Shown in pieces: positions 18,802 through 30,700 of a DNA stretch of 64,000 nucleotides; positions within the stretch are counted from its first letter, which is position 1, and each line of letters begins with the position of its first letter. Where the stretch lies: positions 4,470 through 68,469 of IMG/VR virus record IMGVR_UViG_3300027234_000002; one strand, given 5' to 3'. Under the pieces are notes generated by a model. The model worked only from the letters and a program-made list of their open reading frames with translations, was not told where the DNA came from and did no database searches. Origin of the DNA: a virus (Duplodnaviria > Caudoviricetes). A program made the position numbers and the translations under genes.

Positions 18802-21800
18802 ATGGCAGATCTAACTAATTCAGATGATTATGATTTTGACGGTGGATTTAATGAGGAAGAAGGAGTAATTTCAGGTGCAGACCTTATTAATGATCCTAAA
18901 GATCCAATAGATTCTGATGAATATCAGGAAGATGATTATGACTTCTTTGCAGCTGAAAGCTTAGATGGTCCAATAAGAACTAGGACTATAAATGTTGGTG
19001 AGTTTGGACTTGGTTCTGACGAGGCTGATAGGGAGATTGCATTTGACAATCTAGAAGGTATTGAGCAAAATAGAGCTGATCAGCAAAGTGGACTTGACCA
19101 ATTTGGAAACTTCTTAGCACAAGCTGTTGTAGGAGAAATTGTTGGTGGTACTATTGAAGGATTAGGGTATCTATTTGAATTAGATTCTGTTTCAAATATT
19201 ATTCAAGGACAAGAGGCTGACTGGGGCAACTGGATGACTGAATTGGGTCAAGGTATTAGAGAGGGTGTTGCTGAAAATACTCAAATACATCAAGATCCTA
19301 GCAAGCAGGGTCAGGGAATGCTAACTAGCATGACTGATTCAGGATGGTGGGCACAAAACTCTGTATCTGTAGCATCTACTTTATCAATGATGATTCCATC
19401 AATGGCTGCTACGAAAGGAATGAGCCTATTGGGTAAAGGAATGTCAAAAGGACTTCGTACTATTAAAGGTATGGAAAAGGTCATGGACGGAATGAAGATG
19501 TCTGAAAGAGCTAAGTGGATGACTGAAGGGTTGTCTCAAGCTGTTGTTTCTAGAAATATAGAGAACTTTATGGAGGGCCATGGTACTTATGAAGATGTGT
19601 ATAACACAAGACTTAATCAAGAAAACCCTGCAACTGGAGAAACTTATACAGAAGAGGAAGCTAGGAAAGAAGCATCTGATGCTGCAGCTGAAAACTATAG
19701 AGATGGTTGGGCAATGTTACTTCAGGATATTCCACAATACCTAGCATTAGGTAGAGTGTTTAATCCTGTTACTGCCAAACTTGAAGGTGGTTTATCTGAG
19801 GCTGTTCAAAAAGGTATGAAACTTAGTAAGAGGCAACAGGCTGCTGCTAGTGGATTATACACATTTGGGTCAGAAGGATTTGAAGAATCATATCAATACA
19901 TTGTAGCTGAAAGAGCTAAATTAAGATCAGACTTAAGGTCAGGGTTAATCAATCAAGAACAATATGACAAGAAGATGTCTGAAGCATATGGTTCTGATGA
20001 GATGAAAACTTCTGCATTCTTTGGAGGTCTTGGAGGTAATGTATTTCAAGCTGCTGGTAAGGGTGTAAGTAAACTTACCTCAGCAAACAGTAAAGATGAA
20101 TATCAGAAAGCCCTGTTAGATTCGTATAATAAAGAATTAAAGAATAGGGCTACATCTTTAGCTGCAATGCAACAAGAAATATCTAAGAGTGACATCAAGG
20201 ATGATGCAACTGCTGAAGATAGACAGTATATCATGGACAATCACATGGTTGAAATGATAGCTGACTCTATTAATAACGATAAATTTGACTCTTTCATGGA
20301 GAATCTAGATGGAATATCTAAGATGTCTGAGGAGGAAAAGGCTGTATTTAAAGAAAGAACTGGACAAGAGTTTAACTCTGAACTGGCTGATACTTATATT
20401 CCTGGAATAAAAGAGAAGGCTAAAGCTATGAAGAAGGCTTACCTTAAGATTAGAAATACAGTTAAGTCTACACCTGCTGCAGTTAAGATTGCCAAGATTG
20501 ATATACTTAATGACATGTTGGCCAAGAAGAGAGCTGAATATAAGAAGGAGGCTAAAGAATCTAAAGATAAAGTTGCTGAATCACTCAGTGCACTACCTGA
20601 ATATAAATCTAGAGCACTAGAGCTTCAAGAAAATATTGATGTAACTAAAGCTAGAATAGCTGAACTTAAGAAAAATATTGCCAGCAACAAAGGAAATAAG
20701 AAAGCTGAGTTCTTCCAGGAAGTATTAGACATCAGATTAGCTGAGCTTGAAAAGTTGAATAAAAGTAAAGCTGCTGATAAAGAGATAAAGAGAACTCCTG
20801 AAGAGAAAGAAGAAGCTAAAACTCAAGATAAAGCTATAAAGGCTTTAGAAAGAGAGTACAATAAAAAGAAGGCTGAGATAATTGATGCTAAGTTTAATGA
20901 GGCTACCATGAAAGATATGGAGCACTACAATAATCTTGATGCTGAATACACTGCTTCTGAGAAGGGTCAGAAAGCTTGGGAAGGTGTAGTTGAAAGTGCT
21001 AAGATTAATGAGGAGACTGATATAGGTAACATTAATGAGAGTATCACAAAGACTAAAGAAATTTATCCTGATGGTGAAAAGAAAGATTACATAGAAAAAT
21101 TAGAAGCTAGAAAGACTGAGTTAGAAAATATTGCCGCTACTAATAAGGCTTTAGAAATGATTGCTAGAGATGAGGCTGAGAGACAAGCACAGGAGGCTGA
21201 AAAGAATAATAATCCTGAGACTGTTGATAATCAGAAGCCTCAACAAGTTGGTACTGCAGAGGAGGGAACTGTAACTGATGGATTTGAAGATGCATCTTAC
21301 GGTGAAGAAGTTGATACTTCTGAGCAGTTTGAAAAAGAAGATAAGAGATCTAGAGAGTTCCATGAAGCTTCTACTACTTCTATACCCCTACTAGACAAAT
21401 CTATGGGTACTAAGAACTATGAATTGTGGTCACAGAATACAGTTTCTAAGATAGGCACTAAATTTAAGTATGGTATTAAACATTTTAACCATGTACTTTC
21501 AGGAGGTAAGAGAAGAGAGAATCAGAAGATGTTAATGAAAATGCTTGAAGAGGCTCATCCAAATGATATTCCTAGAGCTGCTTATGATGATCTATTTATA
21601 GAGGCTGTAATGGAGGGCTCTGAAAAGGGCCCTAGAAATGCTGCCATATACAGTGATTTACCAATGAGGCCTGTTATAGGAGAAGCTAATTCTAAAAAAA
21701 ATAGAAAATTCACTCAACAAGATGTTGATTTTTATGAATCTAATTATGCATCTCAAAGAAAGATTATAATTGATAGAATCAAGGCTGGACAGGATACAAC

Positions 21801-24747
21801 TGTTGAGGTTAAATATACATCAGGTGGTGGATTAGTTACTACTGATGAGCAGAATTCTGTATTAGATTTACAACAAATTAATGGTGACCCAGATAAAGTT
21901 GAGTTTTTATTCACGGATGATAAGGGTAAGATTATTGACACGGATAAAAATGTAGTTGATGACTTTGCTGCAAAGACTGTAACTGTGGGATCAGGAGAAA
22001 AGAATATACAGGCTTATAAAGGTGGTGTATTCGTTAAGGTTAGAAAGGCTGATGGAACTGCTTTTCCATTGCGTGTTGAGCTAGCTGGAAATACAGAGGC
22101 ACAAGCTTTTGCATTAGCAAGAATATTAACTGAAGCATCTGTAGGTTCAATAAATGAAAATGGTGAATGGGTTAAACCTATTGGTTTAGAGAATTCATAT
22201 ATTGAGAACTTAGATGAACTTGATCAAACTTCTATTAAAGAAGCATTTGGGCCTGAGCTAGAACTACTAGGAAATGAAGCTACGCTTAAAGAACTAGTTG
22301 ATATATTCATTCACTTCAGTGACGGAACTAAAGGATTAACTTCTGAATTGTATGCTGATAAAGGTAGTTTGTTTTTTGCAAAGAGAAATGAAGCTGGCAA
22401 ATTAGAATCTGTAAAAGTTACAGCTGAAAATAAATTGGCTAAAACTAATGAGCTTTCTTACTTCTTACAGAATGTAAAGAAGAGACAGATCTCTATCAAT
22501 CTATTAAACTCTAATCCTGAATACAAGAAGTATTTATTGGAGAATAGAGTTGTGACTACTAATGGTGTTTCAGGTAAGCCTTTATTTCAAGCAACTAATG
22601 AGCATCCTGTTAAGAATTACATGAGTTTATTAACTCCCGGGAAGCCTAGCAATGTTGCTACTGAATCTAAAGGAAGAACTTATATTCCAATTAGAACAAG
22701 ACCTAAATCAGCAAGTGAAGAGGTTGAAACTTTAACAGGAAAAGAGGCAGAGGCTGCAGAACTTAAGGTTGAAAAAATTATCAATGATGGTATTAATAAA
22801 AGTCAAACCTTAACAGAGATTGAGGATAGAATATTTCCTAGATTTGGATGGAATTCTGCTCAAATTATGGAGGTTCAAAAATTTATTAAAGGAAAAGTTG
22901 AAGGAAGCATAAAAGAAAATTTTGCTACTTGGAGAAAGCCAACACAACAAACTAGTGAAGTTACAACTGTAGATAAAAATGTAATAGGTCCAGACGGAAA
23001 AACCTATAAAAATCTAGATTCTTTGTTAGAAAAATTTCCTGACTATAATAACCAAACTGAGTTATCAACTAAAAAAATAGAAGAGTACAAAAATACAATA
23101 GGGAAGATAAAAACATACAACAATTTATCACCTCAAGAAAACTTAAAAAAGATTATAAAAGAACTACTTCCTAACAGAGATGTAAATAAAATAATGATTG
23201 GAGTTTTTGCTGGAAATTTATTGCAAGGAGATTTATTGGACACTCAAGATGTTTTAATTGGAATAGACAGTTTTAATGAATTAAAAAATGAAAAAAAATA
23301 TAATGATTTAGAGCTTTCTACTATAATAAAAAATATAGTTGACGCTATAAAAATGAAAGATATTGTTTTGTCATTAAAACCAACACAACAAAGTAGTGAG
23401 GTTACAACTTTAGAATCAAATTTAGAAACAGAAATAACCAAGGAATTAAAAAATAAAACTTTTAAAATTGGTAAGGTTCCTTTTAAAACTATAGAATTAA
23501 AAGATGTTAATTTAGAAATTAAAAAAGTTAACGATGATGAATTTACTATAGCTGTAAATAATAAAGGAAAAACATTATTTGATAAAACTACAGCAGTTTT
23601 AGATTTTCAGAAAAGAGATTTAGATTCAGATAATATTTATATACCTAACCCACAAGGATTCATACTATGGAATAAATTTTTAGAGTCTGATGTAGCTAAT
23701 ATGTCTAAATCTAAAGTAATAGTAGATAATAGATTTAACATTACACTTGGGACATTAAAAGGATTAAAAAGTTCTGGTATTTCTAAATTAAATTTTCCTG
23801 AAAGATTTGTAGAGAATTTTAAAAATGAATATAGTGGTTTACTAGATACAAATTTTTCTTCAGTTTCATCTGGCAATACAAGTAGACTAAAAACAGTAGA
23901 AGTTTCTATTGATGATTTAATTAGAATATTATCAATGAAAAGTTCAAAACCAACACAACAAAGTAGTGAGGTTCAGAAAAATATAGAAGAAAAAGACTTA
24001 AGTTTTAAAAAAGGTAAAGTAGAAATTTTCACTTTACATGATGGTTCTGGGGTTAAGGGAACATCTATTGTAATAAATGGTCAGCCAAATGTTGATTTAT
24101 TTACACACAAGGAGCCTCAAAGAGGTTGGACAGTAATAGATAATAAATCTAAAAAGGTTTTTCCTTTATCAGGTTTCTTTAATGGATCTGCAGGTACTAA
24201 AGGTGAAGTACTAGAATCATTACACAGAGATATAATAAAATACTCAAAAGATAGAGCAAGTAAAAAAGTACTTGAATCAATAGGATTTAATTTAGGAACA
24301 GCACAACCTGCTCCTAAAGTTGTATTACAACCTAAGCAACCTAGTAAAAAGACTGCAGATATAGAGACTAGAATAAATCTATCAGATAAAGCTTTATTAG
24401 AAGAACCTGTAATGGCAATGGTTAATGGTAAAACAGCCACTATAAATAGAGCTAAATACTTCAAGCCAGGTGTTACAGATATTAATAGTGATCAGTATGA
24501 ATTAATGAATTCAAAAGAGGAAGTTATGGCTAGATACCAAGAAGAATTGAAAAAATCTGAACAAGGAAATGTAGTTGAACCTGCAGTATCAAAAGTTGAT
24601 GATACCCAAACTAGCAAACCTTCTGAAAAATCTGTACCTTTGAAGAAGAATATAACAGGTAGAAGAAGAAATGTTAAATCTGTAATTGGTTCTAAGAGTT
24701 TAAGTAGTAGTCCTAAGACTAAAGAGTCTAAGACTGATCAATGTTAA
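18802..24747 (+). CDS. Large polyvalent virion cargo protein (1981 aa) with modular C-terminal insertions
   Basis: Continuous ORF; RA..QS...Q.GN...QAV.GEI.GGT.EG.GYL and EG.EE..QYI motifs; coiled-coil middle; repeated linkers near the C-terminus. Confidence 0.7.
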   Translation: MADLTNSDDYDFDGGFNEEEGVISGADLINDPKDPIDSDEYQEDDYDFFAAESLDGPIRTRTINVGEFGLGSDEADREIAFDNLEGIEQNRADQQSGLDQFGNFLAQAVVGEIVGGTIEGLGYLFELDSVSNIIQGQEADWGNWMTELGQGIREGVAENTQIHQDPSKQGQGMLTSMTDSGWWAQNSVSVASTLSMMIPSMAATKGMSLLGKGMSKGLRTIKGMEKVMDGMKMSERAKWMTEGLSQAVVSRNIENFMEGHGTYEDVYNTRLNQENPATGETYTEEEARKEASDAAAENYRDGWAMLLQDIPQYLALGRVFNPVTAKLEGGLSEAVQKGMKLSKRQQAAASGLYTFGSEGFEESYQYIVAERAKLRSDLRSGLINQEQYDKKMSEAYGSDEMKTSAFFGGLGGNVFQAAGKGVSKLTSANSKDEYQKALLDSYNKELKNRATSLAAMQQEISKSDIKDDATAEDRQYIMDNHMVEMIADSINNDKFDSFMENLDGISKMSEEEKAVFKERTGQEFNSELADTYIPGIKEKAKAMKKAYLKIRNTVKSTPAAVKIAKIDILNDMLAKKRAEYKKEAKESKDKVAESLSALPEYKSRALELQENIDVTKARIAELKKNIASNKGNKKAEFFQEVLDIRLAELEKLNKSKAADKEIKRTPEEKEEAKTQDKAIKALEREYNKKKAEIIDAKFNEATMKDMEHYNNLDAEYTASEKGQKAWEGVVESAKINEETDIGNINESITKTKEIYPDGEKKDYIEKLEARKTELENIAATNKALEMIARDEAERQAQEAEKNNNPETVDNQKPQQVGTAEEGTVTDGFEDASYGEEVDTSEQFEKEDKRSREFHEASTTSIPLLDKSMGTKNYELWSQNTVSKIGTKFKYGIKHFNHVLSGGKRRENQKMLMKMLEEAHPNDIPRAAYDDLFIEAVMEGSEKGPRNAAIYSDLPMRPVIGEANSKKNRKFTQQDVDFYESNYASQRKIIIDRIKAGQDTTVEVKYTSGGGLVTTDEQNSVLDLQQINGDPDKVEFLFTDDKGKIIDTDKNVVDDFAAKTVTVGSGEKNIQAYKGGVFVKVRKADGTAFPLRVELAGNTEAQAFALARILTEASVGSINENGEWVKPIGLENSYIENLDELDQTSIKEAFGPELELLGNEATLKELVDIFIHFSDGTKGLTSELYADKGSLFFAKRNEAGKLESVKVTAENKLAKTNELSYFLQNVKKRQISINLLNSNPEYKKYLLENRVVTTNGVSGKPLFQATNEHPVKNYMSLLTPGKPSNVATESKGRTYIPIRTRPKSASEEVETLTGKEAEAAELKVEKIINDGINKSQTLTEIEDRIFPRFGWNSAQIMEVQKFIKGKVEGSIKENFATWRKPTQQTSEVTTVDKNVIGPDGKTYKNLDSLLEKFPDYNNQTELSTKKIEEYKNTIGKIKTYNNLSPQENLKKIIKELLPNRDVNKIMIGVFAGNLLQGDLLDTQDVLIGIDSFNELKNEKKYNDLELSTIIKNIVDAIKMKDIVLSLKPTQQSSEVTTLESNLETEITKELKNKTFKIGKVPFKTIELKDVNLEIKKVNDDEFTIAVNNKGKTLFDKTTAVLDFQKRDLDSDNIYIPNPQGFILWNKFLESDVANMSKSKVIVDNRFNITLGTLKGLKSSGISKLNFPERFVENFKNEYSGLLDTNFSSVSSGNTSRLKTVEVSIDDLIRILSMKSSKPTQQSSEVQKNIEEKDLSFKKGKVEIFTLHDGSGVKGTSIVINGQPNVDLFTHKEPQRGWTVIDNKSKKVFPLSGFFNGSAGTKGEVLESLHRDIIKYSKDRASKKVLESIGFNLGTAQPAPKVVLQPKQPSKKTADIETRINLSDKALLEEPVMAMVNGKTATINRAKYFKPGVTDINSDQYELMNSKEEVMARYQEELKKSEQGNVVEPAVSKVDDTQTSKPSEKSVPLKKNITGRRRNVKSVIGSKSLSSSPKTKESKTDQC
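22936..23973 (+). repeat. Three direct repeats encoding KPTQQ(T/S)SEV (22936-22968, 23377-23409, 23947-23973)
   Basis: AAGCCAACACAACAAACTAGTGAAGTTACAACT / AAACCAACACAACAAAGTAGTGAGGTTACAACT / AAACCAACACAACAAAGTAGTGAGGTT. Confidence 0.95.
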
Positions 24748-24756
24748 AAATAAATT

Positions 24757-27700
24757 ATGAGTACTTGTAAAATATTAAATGATGCAAATGGGAAAGATTC
24801 ATCTTTATTCCCACAACTATTAGTAGCTTTTAACGACAATTTTGATCAGGCAAAAGATGCTTATGATAGAATTATAAGCGAGCCATTTATGAATAAATTT
24901 GGTGACTGGAAAAAGAACTATAACAATGTAGAGGATCAAGTTCCTATGGGTAAAACTTTACCTAGTGGTGAGCCTGAATTATTCAAGAATCCTGTTACAA
25001 AAAAGTATTATTTTGAATTAGCTGATGGTACTAGGATGCCACTTAAAGATGGATTCAGACAAAACTTTTCTCCTGAAGAAGTTCAGGATGTTACAGATTT
25101 CTTGCTGTATGTATATGTTGAAGAAGGTGGTGCCAAATCATTAAATAAATTTCAGTCACAAAATAAAGACAAGAGCTCTGTAGAGTCACTAGTAAAAAGA
25201 GCTGTTGAAAGATATAAAGGAGGAGTAGAGGCTAGCTTTTTAAATGAAGAGTTAAGTCAAGAAGATGCTGACATACTATTAAACAATATAGATAGAGTTG
25301 AAGAATTCTCTGAAGAATTTGCTGACAAACTTATATATGCTGTTGAAGCTCTTGGTGAGAAAATTACATCTGTTGAAGAGTTAGAAGTGGCTAAAGAAGA
25401 TAATGAAAAAGGTGGTGGGCTTAATATGATTGAGTATGCTACTGTAAACCCTAAAGCTTCAGCTACAATAAATACAAAGATTTTATTATCTCAAATTACC
25501 AATGTTAAAGATGATATTGGTTATAGTGATGTTGAGGTATTTCTTAATGATGAAGGATACTATAGTTTTGTTAATCCTGCTACTGATGAATTCATGGCTG
25601 AAGATACAAGAATTACTGACGAAAGAGAAGCAGATGCTTATTCATTAAAATTAAGTAAGACTAAACAAAGGGTTACTACTAATAACATGTCAGACTTTTT
25701 AAATGTGCCAAGATTTGTATCTCTTAATGAGATATGGGAAACACTTTTTCCTAGATTATCTGACACGGTAACAACGGTTGGACCTTCCGGTATTGAAAAT
25801 GCATACATGAAAATGCGTGCTGAACTTGAAAAGTTGTCAATAGCTAAGCCATGGGCTAAAGAATTATTAAAAAAGCTTACTGAATTGAGTCAGAATGATA
25901 GATATAAAGTATACGAATTTGTTCAAGCATTTTCTAAGACTAAGATTAACTACTATGTTACTGAGGTTAATCCTAAGTCCAATCAATTCAAAGTAATAAA
26001 TGCTACCTCTACTAATAGTAGAGAGAGTCAAATAATTTCTGAATGGGGAATTGTATTTAAGGAGAAGTTTTTACCAACATCATTGACACTCACCAATGAC
26101 AATAAAAAGAAAGTACTTGCTGTTGGAGAGAATATTAAGCAAATATCTGAGTCATTTAATAATGGAGTTAAACTGCTTAATGAAGATAAATTATCTACAG
26201 ATGATCTTTATACTGAAATTGCAGAGTCATTAACTGCTGAAATGCATAATCTTGGAATGACTAGTGTTATTCCTGAAGATGTGAACTATTACATAAAAGC
26301 TAATGGTGGTACTCCTGAAATGAACACTGCAGTAAGAGATTTGATAAAGGGTCTATTATTTACAGTTAATCAGCATATTGGCCAGAAGGCTAATTTCAAT
26401 TCAGCTGATGGACTATTTAATCCATTCAAAGAAGAAGCTGTTGTAAAGAAATTTGCAGAAGCAGTATCATTAAGAATGATTGATATAGGGGAGTCAAGTA
26501 TATTGGCCAACAATAATAAGAACTACTTTGCTTATGCTAATCCCACTTATATTTCAAATAAATTAAATGAATGGAAAGCTAATCCTGAGGAATTACAAGA
26601 GTTGGCTAGATTACCATACAATACAAATTCAGGCTGGATAAGACATCTTGCTGCATTTGATATAAAAGACAAGGATGCTAGATTAAAAAAATCTAATGAA
26701 AGACTAGAGAAATTTAAATCTGGAGTTGCTAGTTCATATAAATCTGTTGGTAAGAATGATGGTGTAGATAACACTAAGATATCATTTGAGGACCAATTAA
26801 ATGACAACATAAACAAACTATTAGGAGGCAAGTTAAAGGGTGGCAAATCCTATTTTCCTTCTATCGTTGCTGCAGACAAATCTAGAAGAGTAGAGTTTGA
26901 AGGAATCAAAATGTTTGATTCTAAGATTACTGAAATAAAAGGAGCAACTAGAATAAGTGATACTTCTGTCAGTAAACTTTTAGATTATTTTGAAGATGAG
27001 TATTCAAGAATGATTAAAGTATCTGAGGAGCTAGATACTCTTCCTAGAAATATGCTAATTAAACATTATCACACTGGTAATGTAAATGGATTGAAGTCTC
27101 AGTTATTTCCGGAATTTAATCCAGGAAGTTCTGATCCAAAGCTTCAGGATGTAATGTCTATTCTTTATGATTCTAAAGGAAGACCTATTGCCCCAAAAGG
27201 AAGTACTGGATTAACTCCATCTCAAAGAGATATATTGACTAAACATGTTAAAGAGTCTCTAGAGAAAAGGGTTAAGGATGCAAAGAAATTATTGGAGGAG
27301 TCTGCCACAATAGACACTAGAATTAAGAAAGCTTACAATGGTAATATGACTGCCATTGCAGGTGACTATATTATGAATGGATTAATCTCCACTGTGGAAT
27401 ACACTAAAATGTTCTCAGGAGATCCTGCTTACTATAAGGATGGTGCAGATTTAATTAAGAGAATTCCTGCTACTTATACTGATGGATTACAACTCTATTT
27501 AGAGAAAGATGCTGACTTAACATTTAATGCAGCTATTATTGATGGTGTAGAAGTTGCTTCTAAGTATGTAGACAAGATTAAGCAATCTGTTAAAGATAAA
27601 TCTATTGCTGATGCATATGAAAGAGTAAATACTACAGATGCTCAAGCTTGGATTACTCCAAACAGATGGAAATTTCTTAAGCAAGGTCTTGGCCAATGGA

Positions 27701-30700
27701 GTCCTGCCCATGACAGTGTATTTGATAAAATGATGAAGGGTGAAGAGTTGAAGAAACATGAACTCAAACTTGCAGCTCAACCACTTAAAGGTGTATACTT
27801 TGAAATTAACAGAGGTATCCCAACTTACTTGAAATACTCTCAAGCTGTATTAGTTCCTTCAATGGTTAATGGAACTGAGATGGAAAAGCTTTATAATAAA
27901 ATGACGGCAGATCCTAATAATGAGATTCATGAAGTTATTACAGTTGATGGTATAAAAGTTGGAGCTTTGGGCCCAACATCTATTAATAAAGAAGGTTCTA
28001 CAGAATTGCTTGAAGAATTTGATTTAAACCCAAGCAAGTTATCTAACAAAGGTTGGAAGTTACAACAGGATTTACCTGTTAAAACTATGAAGAAGACTGA
28101 TGTAGGTTCTCAAATACAGAAAAATATTCTTGACTCTTTAAATAAGGAAGATATTTATGTAGATAAGAATGGTAATGAAATAGAAGGAGCTGTATTACTT
28201 CAGAGAATACATAATGCTGTATCTGATTTATCTAATATTGGTAAAGAAGAAATTTCAGAAGAGCTTGATATTAAAGATGGAAAGATATCTAATAAAGACA
28301 AACTCTATAATGCTTTAATAAAAGAATTTAAAGACAGGGGTGGTAATGAAAATATAATTGATGCTCTTGAGTCTAGAGTTGCACTTGATGCTATACCTCA
28401 AATTAGAGGTAGAGTTGACAGTATCTTGATGACTATGTTCAAGAGAAAGCTTATTAAGATTCAAACCCAAGGAGGATCATTTATTCAGGTATCACCATTT
28501 GGTATTCAAACTGTTTTGGGTAATGAAAAGAAATATATAACTACAGAAGACATCTTAAAAGAAATACCATTAGATGAATTGAAATCATCTGTAAATTCAA
28601 GATCACTTCAAGAAAAAATTGACAATTTAGATAGAGAATCTATAGAGAAAGCTTATAATCAAGCAAAAGCTTATAGAAAATTAGAAGAAAACTCTAATAA
28701 AAAGAAAGAGCTGTCTGAATTAAGAGATGTATTAAAAAGTGAAAAAACAACAAATATTGGAGATGTATTAACTATAACTAATGATGACAATTTAAGTGAA
28801 TATAAAGCTATAGTTACAGATATATTAGAAAGGGAAGATAATGTTTTATTAACGATAAAGACATTAAAAGGAAAAGAATATAAGATTACTGTAAATCCAG
28901 ACAATTCTACAAAGACAGGATATGTTGAAGGATTTGTATTAAATGGATCTAAATCAGTTTATGATTCTACTTTAAAAAAGATAGAATTATTAAAGAGTGA
29001 TATTTTAAAAGGAAAAGATGTATCTGATTATTGGGTTGATTATTTTGAAAAAGATGCTTTAAATGATAAGATTAAAAAATCTGGTATTAAAATTATATCT
29101 GACAATTATAATGGAGAAGGCCTATTGCCCCCTAGAAGAGAGCCTGGTGTAGCTAGAACTCTTCCGGGACAAGCTATGATACCAATGTCATTAGCTAAAG
29201 AATTAATTAAAAAGAATCCTAAATTCAGCGATATCAGCAAAATAACTGACGCTCAATGGAAGGAATTATTTAATCAAAAAGAAGCAAGAGAAATTGTTGG
29301 ATACAGGATTCCTAACCAGGGAATGTCATCTAATGATACTCTAGAAGTTGTAGGTATATTGCCTCCTGAAATGGGAGATAGTATTATAGGTTATGATGGT
29401 ATCCCTGCAAAGACTGGTAGTGATTTTGATATTGATAAGATGTTTATAATGGTTCCTAGTTTAGTTTACAATACTGAATCTAATAGACTAGAAACTCTTA
29501 CCACTGACAATAAAAAATTCTATAAAGGAAAAGATTCTCTTGAAAAAGCTATCTCTCAGAATGTATTGATTGAATTGTATCAAGATATACTTCAGAGTGA
29601 GCACACTTATGACAATATGATGAGGTCAATTGACTCTACTCTATTGAAAGATGATATCAATTTATTGCACAGAGAGTCTCCTGCAACTAACTTACAGTTG
29701 TTTGACCCAATTCACCAACTAGAAGTAAAAAGAAATTACATGTCTGGTAAAACTGGTGTTGGATTAACTGCAAATCAATTAGTTGATCATGTAGCTAATC
29801 AAACACTTGATGTAGGTATTGTTGGAGCTATTGGGTTAGATGGAATGACTGACAAAGTAAATAGACTTGATCAAAGTAAAGGTACTTCTGCAATATTATC
29901 AGAGTTCTTAAATGCATATGTTGATATTGCAAAGGACCCATATATTTCTAGAGGTAACCATAATGATGTAACAGCCAATGCTGTATTTATGCTGATAAGA
30001 TCTGGTGTATCCTTGAAAACTGTGAACAGACTTGTTGGACAGCCTGTATTAAAAGAGTATGTTAAACTTAAGAAGCAATCTGAAAGTATATCAGGTAAGC
30101 CTATTTTACTAAATGGTAAAAAGGTAGACCCTGAGACTTATATAAGAGAGACTTATAATATTAAACCTAACTATACCAATAAGGAAACTGTATCTAAAAT
30201 AGGAAAAATATCCACTAAAGAGATGCAGGACAATATTATAAATGCAAGTAAGGGAGCTAAAACAAACAATAGAATAGATGCTGCAATATTTAACGCATTT
30301 TTATATTACGATAAGATTGGAAGAGAGGTAACATCTGCAACTATTGCTGCAAAAGTAGATGTAAATGCAGGGGGATTAAGTCCTATTGAATTAAATGTAA
30401 ACATAGAAAAACTTACCAAGGCTATGGATAGTGAAACTATGTTTGGTTATAAAGATAAGTTTGACAAGACTGCGGCAGGTACGTATAAAGCTAATGGATT
30501 GGATTGGGTTAAAAGGATACTTAGTAATAGTGATATATTACTTACCGGTAGTACTTATTATGATCAAACTCTAGGGAATCTGAATAGACATCTTGGAAAA
30601 GGAAATTATTTGACTAATCTAGATATGGCTAAGTCACTTAATAATTTCTATTACAGCTACTTGATGTCAGGAACTAACATGTTTAAAAATAACAGGTCTG

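Noticed and set aside
28522-29078. Intein or intron in the RNA polymerase
   Set aside because: No Cys/Ser start with His-Asn end and no LAGLIDADG/HNH motif; the frame is continuous.
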